From: Candidatus Gastranaerophilales bacterium
GTDB lineage: Bacteria; Cyanobacteriota; Vampirovibrionia; Gastranaerophilales; JAILCC01
Direction of reading: 5' to 3'
NCBI GenBank assembly: GCA_024408745.1
Contig: JAKSUS010000001.1
Span: 1 to 28,240 of the forward strand
Length of the DNA: 28,240 nucleotides
The notes under the pieces were generated by a model. That model made no database searches and was not told where the DNA came from. It saw nothing but the letters and a program-made list of their open reading frames with translations. Shown piece after piece: positions 14,959-24,729 of the stretch. Numbering within the stretch: position 1 is the first letter of the stretch; the number at the start of each line of letters is the position of its first letter. The position numbers and the translations under genes were made by a program.

Positions 14959-17117
14959 TATCCCAATACCACCTTTCCTTTTGCAATATATTCACCACTT
15001 GCTGATGGCGTAAACCCTGTTGCGGTTTTTGCGCTATAAGGTACAGATAAAGCATAATTAGTATCTTTGAACGGCTTTGGTAAAGTTACAGCAGTACCGC
15101 TTGTACAAGAACCTGTTTGAGTACAATCTAAATTTGTATCATATTCCCAACTTGTAACACCGTTTTTATACCAATCAACAATAGTAACGTGTCCGTCTAA
15201 GTTTTCACCCATAGGAACGGTAAAATCAGTATCAGATAATGTATAATAATTAGCCCAGCCAAATTGTTCATACATATCTTGAACTCTATCACGATATATT
15301 GCATTAACTATCTTAGAACCTGTTTTAGATTGGTTATAAGGTATTTTTAAAGTTGGTTGGTAGACAAGATTGCCGTCAACATAGATTTTGAATGAGTTTA
15401 GGTCGATAGAACCGTTATAGGCTAATTGTGGGATATTATCTCCACTATACCCTATACGCAAACTTAAACTTGTATAGGCACTTGTTAAAGTATTTGTATA
15501 AGTCGTATAATCTATACCATTAGTTGAAATCATTAAATATGCGGAATTATTTTTAGCTCCACCTTTAATCCAATAATAGGTATCTGTTTGTAATGGATAA
15601 TTTGGAAGTATTCCATTAAAATAATGTGAGTTAGAACCTGCAAATATTTTACCATCTCTAATACCTATAGAGAATAAATTTTGTATAGAATTTTGCCCAG
15701 AAATCATATAGGAAGATTGTACAAATGAAGATGATGTAAGCTGTTTACCTAAATCTATTTCAAAATCTTTATTTGTTACATCTATACTCAAAATATCTAT
15801 ATAGTTATCACTACTAAACCCACTAGCAATACCACCATCAGTAATTGTAGGACTTCCAACAACCGTATAATCATCCTTCTTGATTTGGTCTATGCCTGTT
15901 TTATTACCGTTAAAAACCTCAACTCCATCAACTGTGATAGAGAATTGTTTAAGGTCGATAGAACCTGAGCCATAGGCCCCTGCATCTATGCCTAAATATC
16001 CTATTATTATACCATTTTGATTATATGTTTTAGGTGGATATGTACTTGCTTTTTTTGTGCCGTCAGTCCAATTTTTACCGTCATTAGACTTAGATACCCA
16101 ATAATAATTACCATCCCATTCAACTTTTAAAAATAACTCTGTATTTGCAGGGATATTAAGTAATATTGGAGTTATATCAGTATCATTTCCATCATTTACA
16201 TGATTCCAAAATGTTAGATTATTATCACTATTTATTATTAAAACACTATAATAAGCTGTAGTGCCTATTTTACAAATATACCTATTTGTATTTATTGTAC
16301 CTGTATTTACTTTCATAATTATTTTAAATGGTTTAGAGTTAAAAGCGGGCAAATCATAAGTCAAATAGTTGCTATTACTAAATCCACTAGCAATCCCATC
16401 ATCAGTAATCGTAGGACTGCCTACAACTGTAAACTTGGAACGGTCAAAAGTGCTTCTGTTCCAAGCATGTAAATCCGCAAGTCCTTTTGCTTCTGTTTGA
16501 GGATTTTCATAGTTTGTATATGCAGGCATTGCACTTGAATTTTCTGTTCATTTTGCAATTAAATCATGTTGATTTAATAAATTGCCTGTAATTCCACCCC
16601 ATTCTACTGAACCAGCAGCACCGTTTGAAACAACAAAATCAAAATGTGTACCATTTGAAAATGTCATACGATATGTTCTGTCCAATCCAACAGTAGAAAT
16701 AAGAGTTACACCTGTAACAGAAACACCTGTTGCACCTGTATCACCCGTTGCCCCTTTTAAGTTTTGAAAAGCAAAAGCAAAAGTCCTATCTGTACTTGTA
16801 CCACCTCGTGTAACAGTACAAGAGGGAACACCCACATTGTTATCAACCGTAGCGGTAATTTGTGAAATATCTGCTGATGTTCCATCTTGACCATTTGTAA
16901 CATTAAAGGTATCAGTTTCTTCATTGTCATAAGTAATTGTATATGTATCAACTAAACCACTTGTAGAAGTTTTTTCAATACTTACAATACCGTTTCCTTG
17001 AGGACCTCTTGCTCCTGTATTACCTGTATCACCTTTCGGTCCTTGTGGTCCCTGCGGTCCTTGCGGTCCTTGTGGACCAAAAACAGGATGAGTTTGTATA
17101 GTAACTGTTTCGCTCAT
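14958..17117 (-). CDS. Tail fibre / receptor-binding protein, 719 aa if TGA 16548-16550 is read (ORF track splits it into 189 aa and 523 aa)
   Basis: Collagen GXY repeats, WGGITG.L.NQ.DL motif, two LamG/ConA-like modules; both ORFs in frame, 18 nt apart, no SD before ATG 16529. Confidence 0.7.
16989..17078 (-). repeat. Ten collagen-like Gly-X-Y triplets
   Basis: [30 protein letters not shown]. Confidence 0.9.
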
Positions 17118-17489
17118 TTATTCCCCCTCAACATATTTGTAATCAACTGTAAATTTAGGAGCAGGACTATTGACAATAGCACCATCAACAATTTGTGTTT
17201 CGGGCAATACAGTATCTTCTGAACCATCACTAGCACAAATTTTTAAGCCATACTCCCATTCGCCAACTCTCAAACTATTACTTAAAGTTTCATCATAAAG
17301 AAATAAAGCCTCTCCCGTTGTTTGGTCGAATTGTGTAGCTTGTATTTCTTTTATAATTTTGTTTGTTTCAGGATTATATACAGATTGATAAACTAAATAT
17401 GATTTATCTTTTGGCAAACCTGTAAAGACTACATTTCCTGTATCACCTTGTCTTATATAAATGTCTTGTTCCGTTGCAAATATTGCCAT
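17118..17489 (-). CDS. BppU-like / tail structural protein
   Basis: IYIRQGDTG...Y pattern, beta-rich. Confidence 0.5.
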   Translation of the reverse strand: MAIFATEQDIYIRQGDTGNVVFTGLPKDKSYLVYQSVYNPETNKIIKEIQATQFDQTTGEALFLYDETLSNSLRVGEWEYGLKICASDGSEDTVLPETQIVDGAIVNSPAPKFTVDYKYVEGE

Positions 17490-17490
17490 T

Positions 17491-17943
17491 TTATTCTCCT
17501 AAAAATTCTTGTTGTGTAATTTCACCATTTGCAAATTTGAATAAATTATCAAGTTGCTCTGATGTAATTCCAATTTGACTGCCTAATTGGTCTAATAATG
17601 GGTTAGAACGTTCTAATTCTACGCATAATTCCCATTCAAGTTTTGCTTGTCTGTTTGTTTCTATAAGAGGTTGTATTGTTTCAAAATAGTCATATTGCAA
17701 CTGTTCAAGCATTAATACAAACACTCTTTTTGTACATTTTAAATGTGAAATTCGTTCAGCTTCTTTTTCTTCTTCCTCTTGTTCGTAGTTAGGATTTAAA
17801 ACTAAAACACCATTTTGAACAATAACTTTGTTTGGATGTTCTCTTAATTCATCTTGTGTAATTATGTCTGTTTCTAAACAGTCATTATCATATTTATAAT
17901 CTGCAAAACTATTTAAAACATTATTTTTAATTAAATAAAACAT
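17491..17943 (-). CDS. Tail fibre assembly-like protein
   Basis: EWE....ERSNPLL..L...GITSEQLD.LF C-terminus typical of fibre-adjacent proteins. Confidence 0.55.
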   Translation of the reverse strand: MFYLIKNNVLNSFADYKYDNDCLETDIITQDELREHPNKVIVQNGVLVLNPNYEQEEEEKEAERISHLKCTKRVFVLMLEQLQYDYFETIQPLIETNRQAKLEWELCVELERSNPLLDQLGSQIGITSEQLDNLFKFANGEITQQEFLGE

Positions 17944-17945
17944 AA

Positions 17946-18542
17946 TTAAACTCCTTTATAGGGTACAAAATACAACTGTTTAACATTTGTATCGCCCGGT
18001 TTTTTGCTCCAATACACTTTATCCCCCGGTGTGAGGGGAAATGTCATATCATAATTTACAACATTATCAGTAGTATCTCTAACTATTGATATTTCAGAAC
18101 CGTTAATATATAAATAGGCAATAGAATTAATATTACTTACAAAACTCATAAACAATAAACCGTATTCCGTAGCTTCATAAGGTGTATCTTGTAAAGGAAA
18201 ATTTGCGAGTGAAATTCGTCTTGAATAATCAGGACTGCAAAAATCAATTATATTAGCCTTATCAGTGCTTGTCATTTTACCTGATATGCTACCACCTGTA
18301 ACATTACTTAAATCTTTTGTTGCATAATCATTACCTAATAACGCTTTAATTTCATTACTTAAACTAGTTACATTCGCTAATGTCCGATCTGCTCTATTAT
18401 TAATGTTAGAATCAACATAGTCTTTATCTTCTTCTGCGACATCTTCGCAATAATTCATCATTAAAGTAAAATTTTCGTTATAGTCACTTGCTTTACTTTT
18501 TGTATTAGCAACGGCTATATGTAGTGTCGGTCTTGTTGCCAT
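17946..18542 (-). CDS. Tail fibre adapter / short fibre protein
   Basis: N-terminal A...N.NF tail-anchoring pattern; PDYSRRISL...YEA...G C-terminal domain. Confidence 0.55.
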   Translation of the reverse strand: MATRPTLHIAVANTKSKASDYNENFTLMMNYCEDVAEEDKDYVDSNINNRADRTLANVTSLSNEIKALLGNDYATKDLSNVTGGSISGKMTSTDKANIIDFCSPDYSRRISLANFPLQDTPYEATEYGLLFMSFVSNINSIAYLYINGSEISIVRDTTDNVVNYDMTFPLTPGDKVYWSKKPGDTNVKQLYFVPYKGV

Positions 18543-18581
18543 ATTTACACCTCCTAATTTATATTTTAAGGAAGTGTAAAT
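18543..18581 (-). promoter_or_regulatory. 13-bp hairpin occluding the SD of the 17946-18542 gene
   Basis: Minus strand ATTTACACTTCCT-13 nt-AGGAGGTGTAAAT-ATG; one G-U pair. Confidence 0.65.
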
Positions 18582-18602
18582 TTGGCTTTTATAAAATCAA
18601 AT

Positions 18603-20132
18603 TTATTGTTGGCTTGCTTCAATAATTGCAGGGGCTAATAATCTTTGTGCATAGGGTAAAAGTGCATTATTAATATTTTCTATATTTTGTGGAATTCCTA
18701 AACGGTTTATTTCTCTTACGACTTTTAGCGTGGGTATTTCTAATATATTTTTTGCCTTATCAACCAAACCACCCGGATTAAAACCTGTTTTAACAGATTC
18801 TATAATTTCATTAGCTGCATTAATATCATCAATATCATTTATGAACGGACTGTAACCATTATCAACCAATATTTTTTCTAAATCTGCAATATTTCTGCCT
18901 TTATTTCCGCTTGTAATTGTTGAGTTATAATTTCTTAGAGCACTTGAAGCGGTATCAATATTGTTTGAATTATTTAATATTCTTCGTATGCCCTCGTTTT
19001 TTTGGAAGTCCATTAAATCCGAATATACTTTGTTTGCTTCTCTTAATTCAGGTGATAAATTGCTTATCCTTTCAGCATTTGCGCCATAAATCTTCTCTAA
19101 AACATCATTTTTTAATGCTGAATCTGCTTTATTCCAATCTACCATATTTGAGATGTTTTTATTTATATCATACAATTCTTGCGGTGCTAGGTTTTCTTCA
19201 AACATTGAATTATTTAATAAATCTTCAATTTTGCCTTGTTCTTTTAATGTGGCATTTCTTGCAGGGTTTAAATTTGGATTTTTGCTTAATGAATAGTTAT
19301 TATAAACTTTATCCATATCAGCTAAAACATTTTCTTTGTTTATAATGGCGTTTTCGGGTAATTTTCCCAAAAGCTGACCTACTTTATTTCCTTTATCTGC
19401 TAATATATTATTATAATTATTCCTTATTCTTTCAGTTAAATCTGTAAGCGTACTTTGTACTGTTTTTTTATTCAAATCAAGAGCTTTGCTATTGGGTTTT
19501 ATTACTTGTCTTACGGTTTCCTCCGATAATCCGGGGAAAGCATTAGCTGCTAATTTATTGGTTAATTTTCCTACTCCCCTTACTAACGGCGGTAATGCAG
19601 CGTTAAGTGTTCCGCCGATTAATCCGCCTTGACCTGCGGAAGCTAAAGGATTTTCACCATTCTTTAATCCCTCAAGTCCGCCGATTAACGCTCCTTGCAA
19701 TAAACCATTTGCTAAGTTATTTACAAAAGGCAAACCACTAAAAATTTGAAAAGGACGAAATGAACCATATCCTACTAAATCAGTTGCAATTTTAGTTGCT
19801 TTTCCTAATTTAGTATTAGAATGTATTTTATCCTGTTCTCTTAATATTTTATCTGTTTCTTGCCATACATCACTTGGCTTTTTCTTTTGTACAAATGATA
19901 AAATAGGTGTAGTTATCGCATTTGCTACATTTCTTGTAGATCTTTCAAGTATTCCGCTTGGTGTTAAATCAATTGTTTCTTGAATACCGCCTTTTAATGG
20001 TTCATCAAAACTAACTTGATTGGCGTATGTCGGATATTTATCAACGAACTTTTGAGCAAGCTCTCTATTATCAATATCTTTATATTGCGGATATTTTGTT
20101 TTAATACGTTCAGAAAATTCATTATAATCCAT
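18603..20132 (-). CDS. Internal virion / DNA ejection protein
   Basis: MDY.EF...IK.KYPQY.D.D..ELA N-terminus, Gly/Ala-rich hydrophobic middle; podovirus gene order. Confidence 0.6.
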   Translation of the reverse strand: MDYNEFSERIKTKYPQYKDIDNRELAQKFVDKYPTYANQVSFDEPLKGGIQETIDLTPSGILERSTRNVANAITTPILSFVQKKKPSDVWQETDKILREQDKIHSNTKLGKATKIATDLVGYGSFRPFQIFSGLPFVNNLANGLLQGALIGGLEGLKNGENPLASAGQGGLIGGTLNAALPPLVRGVGKLTNKLAANAFPGLSEETVRQVIKPNSKALDLNKKTVQSTLTDLTERIRNNYNNILADKGNKVGQLLGKLPENAIINKENVLADMDKVYNNYSLSKNPNLNPARNATLKEQGKIEDLLNNSMFEENLAPQELYDINKNISNMVDWNKADSALKNDVLEKIYGANAERISNLSPELREANKVYSDLMDFQKNEGIRRILNNSNNIDTASSALRNYNSTITSGNKGRNIADLEKILVDNGYSPFINDIDDINAANEIIESVKTGFNPGGLVDKAKNILEIPTLKVVREINRLGIPQNIENINNALLPYAQRLLAPAIIEASQQ

Positions 20133-20141
20133 TTTTAACTC

Positions 20142-21515
20142 CTATAATATTCCCAGTGGGTCATTATCTTCTGTATTGTTTACATTTGTACCTTGCATAA
20201 GAACTCTATTTTTGCGCTCAATACTATTTTTCATATTTTGTAATTTTGACTTAACAATTTGCGCATTGTCAGTAGGCGCCGGTAAAAATCTTTCATATGC
20301 CTGTCTTTCTTGGTCAGACATTTGTGCACCTGTCAACCATTTACGATAAACAGCCGTAATATTATCAATTTGTGTTCTTGTTGGTACACCTTTAGGGTCT
20401 ATACGGTTTGCTATATCAGCGCCGACTTTACCCTTAAACCAAGTATAAGCCTGTGGATTTTCTTCAATTAATTGTAAACCTGCATCAATATCAGCCAAAG
20501 TAGAAGCATTTTCATTGATTTGTTTTAATAATGCTTTATCTTGTGTTGTTTTATTTGCTTTATTCTCCAAAGATTGTCTATATGCGTTTAGCTTTTGTTG
20601 TTCTATACCTAATTTGCTATAATCAAGTTGATTTTGTACTTCATCTTGTCTTTGTTGTCTTTTTAGTTGGTCCGCCCTGATTTGGTTCATTATCTCGTTT
20701 TGTTTTTGTTGTGCATCAAAATACATTTTTCTGTATTCAGCATTATCTTGTAATTGTTTTGCCTCCATTATTTGTTTAAATGTAGCACCGTCTATAATTC
20801 CACGAATATCGCTTGTGTCAATACCCATTTCATTTAAATATTTTCTATATGTGGTATCTTTCATTATGTTGTTTTGACGACCTACTCCACTAGTTAACCC
20901 ATACGTTATTGCTTCTAATCCACTTCCACCTGTTCCACCTACAACTCCTGCCATTAATAAGCCTCTACCCAAAGGACTGTCAATAAATCTTCTTAATGTG
21001 CCTAAACCCTCGCCAATGCGGTTTGCTAAACTTTTATTTTCAGGTTGCCAATTTTCAAAGCTAAAACCGTTAGTGTAATTATCTTTATATCCCTCTTCTA
21101 TATCGTTAAATATTCCGCCTTGTCTTTTGCCTGATGTTACAGAGCCGTTAATAACAGGATATTGATTAAACTCGCCAATTCTAGCGTTTTCTATATCTTC
21201 TCCTGTTTGAGGAATATTTATATTTAATTCTTTTTGTTTTTGTGCAATTTGTGGTATTCCAAAATTAAGGCCCTGCATTACTCCGTCTTTATATTGTTGA
21301 GGTGTCAAAGTTGTTTGTTTCGGTCCTGAAATTAAATTTTTAAAATAATCCTCGTTATCTAAAGAATTAAGATAATCATTTTGTGCTTGAGTATAGCCGT
21401 TATTATTATATTCAATAGCCGAACCGCTTGGATATACCCCAAAAAGCGCATTTCCTAATTTATCTAATGCATTATTTCCTCTGTTAATTAAAGACTGAAA
21501 AAATCCTTGTGTCAT
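20142..21515 (-). CDS. Internal virion / DNA ejection protein
   Basis: Gln-rich coiled coil, Gly-rich hydrophobic patch, DPLGIL tail; gene order. Confidence 0.6.
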   Translation of the reverse strand: MTQGFFQSLINRGNNALDKLGNALFGVYPSGSAIEYNNNGYTQAQNDYLNSLDNEDYFKNLISGPKQTTLTPQQYKDGVMQGLNFGIPQIAQKQKELNINIPQTGEDIENARIGEFNQYPVINGSVTSGKRQGGIFNDIEEGYKDNYTNGFSFENWQPENKSLANRIGEGLGTLRRFIDSPLGRGLLMAGVVGGTGGSGLEAITYGLTSGVGRQNNIMKDTTYRKYLNEMGIDTSDIRGIIDGATFKQIMEAKQLQDNAEYRKMYFDAQQKQNEIMNQIRADQLKRQQRQDEVQNQLDYSKLGIEQQKLNAYRQSLENKANKTTQDKALLKQINENASTLADIDAGLQLIEENPQAYTWFKGKVGADIANRIDPKGVPTRTQIDNITAVYRKWLTGAQMSDQERQAYERFLPAPTDNAQIVKSKLQNMKNSIERKNRVLMQGTNVNNTEDNDPLGIL

Positions 21516-21552
21516 TTTGTTTTACTCCGTTTTATATTAAAGCTGGTAATAT

Positions 21553-22128
21553 TTATGTTGCAGAAGCTCCGATGTTTCCCAATGCTTGAGCTGTTGCTGC
21601 ATATTTTGTAGCATTTGCTGCTTGTTGGGCTTTATATACTTCTGCGTTATAATTACTTACATTATTAGAAAGCTGATTAGATAACCCTTGCGTTCCTGTC
21701 ATCATGTCGTAAATTGTCGCATACGGTAACATTGCAGCTTGATAATTTTGAAGTTGTTGGTTTCTGTAATCTTGTTGTCTTTCATATTCATTGTTTGCTA
21801 AATCATTAGCAAAACCTCTCATTGCATCAGAAGCAGTTGAACCCCTTAATAAATTTCTGCTCAAAAGCGGGTTTATATAATTATTCTCAAGCATATTATT
21901 CATTTTGTTTGTATAATACGCATCGCCTTGTTTATATTCATCACTTTCATAGTTTGGGTTAAGGTAATTATTTAAAAAATTACCTGCGTTATTTTCTGTA
22001 ATCCCGACTAATTGTCTTTGAAAATCCGTTGGTGAATATGTAGAGCCTTTTTTACTCGTTGTTGCTTTGCCGAATAATCCAGTATCGGTTGTAGTTTTTG
22101 CATATTCAGGAGCTTTTTTACTTCCCAT
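21553..22128 (-). CDS. Internal virion / DNA pilot-like protein
   Basis: MGSKKAP start, Asn/Gln/Ala-rich; gene order. Confidence 0.55.
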   Translation of the reverse strand: MGSKKAPEYAKTTTDTGLFGKATTSKKGSTYSPTDFQRQLVGITENNAGNFLNNYLNPNYESDEYKQGDAYYTNKMNNMLENNYINPLLSRNLLRGSTASDAMRGFANDLANNEYERQQDYRNQQLQNYQAAMLPYATIYDMMTGTQGLSNQLSNNVSNYNAEVYKAQQAANATKYAATAQALGNIGASAT

Positions 22129-22131
22129 TAT

Positions 22132-22497
22132 TTAAGCCTTTCTAATATAAATATCATCTTTGTAATGTTCAAAACCTGCTTGTGCTAGTGCATACCTTGC
22201 ATGTTTAAAAGGAGTTTGAGAGTACATATTTTTTTTAAACGCATTACAAACGGTTTCTATTGCTATAATAACATTTTCTAAATTTGACCTTTTTGAAAAT
22301 CCATTTAAAAAATATTCTTTGTCTTTTTCTTCTATATATATCGCTCCAAGCGGAATATTTGAAACATTATCAGGATAAAAAACAAACAAATAATCACCGC
22401 ATTTAATAATATCTTCTAACTTTGGTAAATTAGAATGGTCGATATTATTATAAAGTTTTTCCAGTTCTTTTAAATCTCTTATGTGGTCAATTATCAT
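22132..22497 (-). CDS. Small protein, possibly GNAT-like fold
   Basis: Position between nozzle and ejection genes; AR.AL..AGF pattern (weak). Confidence 0.4.
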   Translation of the reverse strand: MIIDHIRDLKELEKLYNNIDHSNLPKLEDIIKCGDYLFVFYPDNVSNIPLGAIYIEEKDKEYFLNGFSKRSNLENVIIAIETVCNAFKKNMYSQTPFKHARYALAQAGFEHYKDDIYIRKA

Positions 22498-24060
22498 TTA
22501 TTTTCTTCCTGTTGTGTCTGTTTCTTGTGTAATTCCTTTTAATTCAAGTGCTGTTATAGAAAATTCATCATCTCTTTGTTCTGTTCTGAATGTAAATCTT
22601 ATATAATACCAATTTGAAATAAATTTACCTTTAATTTGCTGAATAATATTGTCATCTTCGCTTGACCAATATTGAACATCCCATATTTGATTATCGGGAG
22701 TGTCAGCGGTTTGAGGTGAGTCATCTCCCCAAATTGCACCTTGATAAAACTGATTTACTCGCCTTGTTTTAACTTTTTTACCGTCAATTTCGCAATCTAT
22801 ATTAAAAGAGTTATTGGCATCTTGTGTAACTGAAATTAATGGCTGTATTTCCATTTCTTTCATATTTGAAAAGGAACCTAAATTAATTATTTGTGTTGTG
22901 TATCTTGCGCCAATATATTCATTATCAAATACGCAACATTCTCCGGCTTTTTCTAAATAATATTTGTTTCCGATCACAGAATATAAATTATTATCGTACA
23001 CAAAATAACCGTTTAAATTATTTTGGCAAACTCTTTCGCTCCATTCCCCTATGAAATAATCATAAATTAAATTGTATTCATTCGTATTTATCCATATTTC
23101 AGAGCGATTGTTTCCAATATAGCTTGTCATTTGAAATTTGCGAACATTATTAAAATACTTTTGTATTTCAGGAGCAATAGGCTCACCTAAAACCTTTTGA
23201 CCGTAATTGTTTTGCATGTAGTAATAAATATTTTTTTGCGTGTTATCGTAAAAGAATAAATATTTATCGTGTTTACACCAGCTCTCATAATTCATACAAC
23301 CGCCCAAAGATGCATCTGCTCTTATTGCAGTTGTAACATCGGACATATTCCCGCTTAACATTGTGCTGTCATTTTCGGTAAACACGAGCAGGGCATCAAT
23401 ATATGGTACTACTGCGGTCACTTTTTTACCAAATAATTGATACCATGCTTTGTTGGTATCGGTTGGCGTTGTATAATCCCAATCGGTTATATCACCTTTT
23501 CTTGAACCAATTACAATGCCTTTTTCTGTGCCTATAACAAGTGAGCCGTCTTGCTCGCACATTGCAAGACCTGTTATATCATCACCCTCGTATTGTGGCT
23601 CTAATTTTGTAACTTCTGTTTCAGGGTAAAACTGTACTGAATAATATTCTTTTCCGTTTGTGAATACAAACACATCATAAGCACCATTTAACATGGTTAT
23701 TCCGTTTGCTTCGCCTGTTAAAGTTAAATTATCTTGTATCACTGTATAAGTTGATGAGTTTGGAGTTACTAATAATAATGCTCCTTTTGTTGCGCTTTCT
23801 GCGTAAAACAATAAATATTTTGTCCCCTCTTGTACAGTTTCAAATCCTTTGATTAACTTTGTATAGCTATTATATGTACCCCTTACAATATTTCCCAATG
23901 TTGCTTTAATTTGCACCCCTGCATCATAACTTGAAGCTACAAAATCAACATTTTGACAAGTTGTCGCCGATATTGTGCCGTTACTTGCTATACCATTTCT
24001 TGTTCTTATACCTTTAAATATATTAAATACTGTGCTTTGTGGTGTCGGAAAGTTAATCAT
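22498..24060 (-). CDS. Tail nozzle / stabilisation protein (P22 gp10 or T7 gp12-like)
   Basis: 520 aa beta-rich propeller-like sequence after the adaptor. Confidence 0.65.
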   Translation of the reverse strand: MINFPTPQSTVFNIFKGIRTRNGIASNGTISATTCQNVDFVASSYDAGVQIKATLGNIVRGTYNSYTKLIKGFETVQEGTKYLLFYAESATKGALLLVTPNSSTYTVIQDNLTLTGEANGITMLNGAYDVFVFTNGKEYYSVQFYPETEVTKLEPQYEGDDITGLAMCEQDGSLVIGTEKGIVIGSRKGDITDWDYTTPTDTNKAWYQLFGKKVTAVVPYIDALLVFTENDSTMLSGNMSDVTTAIRADASLGGCMNYESWCKHDKYLFFYDNTQKNIYYYMQNNYGQKVLGEPIAPEIQKYFNNVRKFQMTSYIGNNRSEIWINTNEYNLIYDYFIGEWSERVCQNNLNGYFVYDNNLYSVIGNKYYLEKAGECCVFDNEYIGARYTTQIINLGSFSNMKEMEIQPLISVTQDANNSFNIDCEIDGKKVKTRRVNQFYQGAIWGDDSPQTADTPDNQIWDVQYWSSEDDNIIQQIKGKFISNWYYIRFTFRTEQRDDEFSITALELKGITQETDTTGRK

Positions 24061-24069
24061 TTTTTATCC

Positions 24070-24729
24070 TTAAATATAAAATACTGTATCGCTTTCAACA
24101 GGTTGGCAACCTCTTAAAAATATGTTCCATTTTTGCTCGAATATATCAAATGTGGGCTTCCACCTTGGGTTAGATTGTTTTCTCATATTTGTTGCTAAAA
24201 CATAATATTCAAGCGCATCAAAATATAAATGTTGGAATTTTTCAGGCATTTTTAGAGTTGACCCAATCGAAATATAATAGCTGAGTGTTTCGTCGGTTAA
24301 TATTACGTTTTTAGTAGAATTATATTCAATAACTGCATTATAGCTTTTATCGGGTGTAGGATATATTTTTATTTTTTCAGGGTTATAAACAACCTCAAAT
24401 AATTGTGGTTTGCCTTTATTTTCATCTAATAATGCAATATCAGAATAATACTTTAATTTTTCAATTCTATTATCATTTTTAATTCTTATTTCAGTAATTC
24501 TGCCGTCAATAGGTTGATACAAATTCTGTCCTTTTGTAAATACAATATTTTTAGTATATTTCGCAAACGGGAAATCCTCTCTATTTGATAATTCAGAGTG
24601 GCAACCTTGCTGAATACGACGCATTCCGATAAATTCTTCACTCGTTTTATCTTCCATATCCTCGGGGTCTATCATACTCATTGGAATTGTAGCAGTATCT
24701 ATTAACGATTGGTCAAATGTTTTACCCAT
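24070..24729 (-). CDS. Head-tail adaptor protein
   Basis: GKP..F......I.IYPTPD..Y...EY and MPEKF..L patterns. Confidence 0.65.
   Translation of the reverse strand: MGKTFDQSLIDTATIPMSMIDPEDMEDKTSEEFIGMRRIQQGCHSELSNREDFPFAKYTKNIVFTKGQNLYQPIDGRITEIRIKNDNRIEKLKYYSDIALLDENKGKPQLFEVVYNPEKIKIYPTPDKSYNAVIEYNSTKNVILTDETLSYYISIGSTLKMPEKFQHLYFDALEYYVLATNMRKQSNPRWKPTFDIFEQKWNIFLRGCQPVESDTVFYI

Noticed and set aside
14958-16529. Diversity-generating retroelement target in the tail fibre
   Set aside because: No reverse transcriptase and no template/variable repeat pair differing only at adenines; the repeats are coding duplications.
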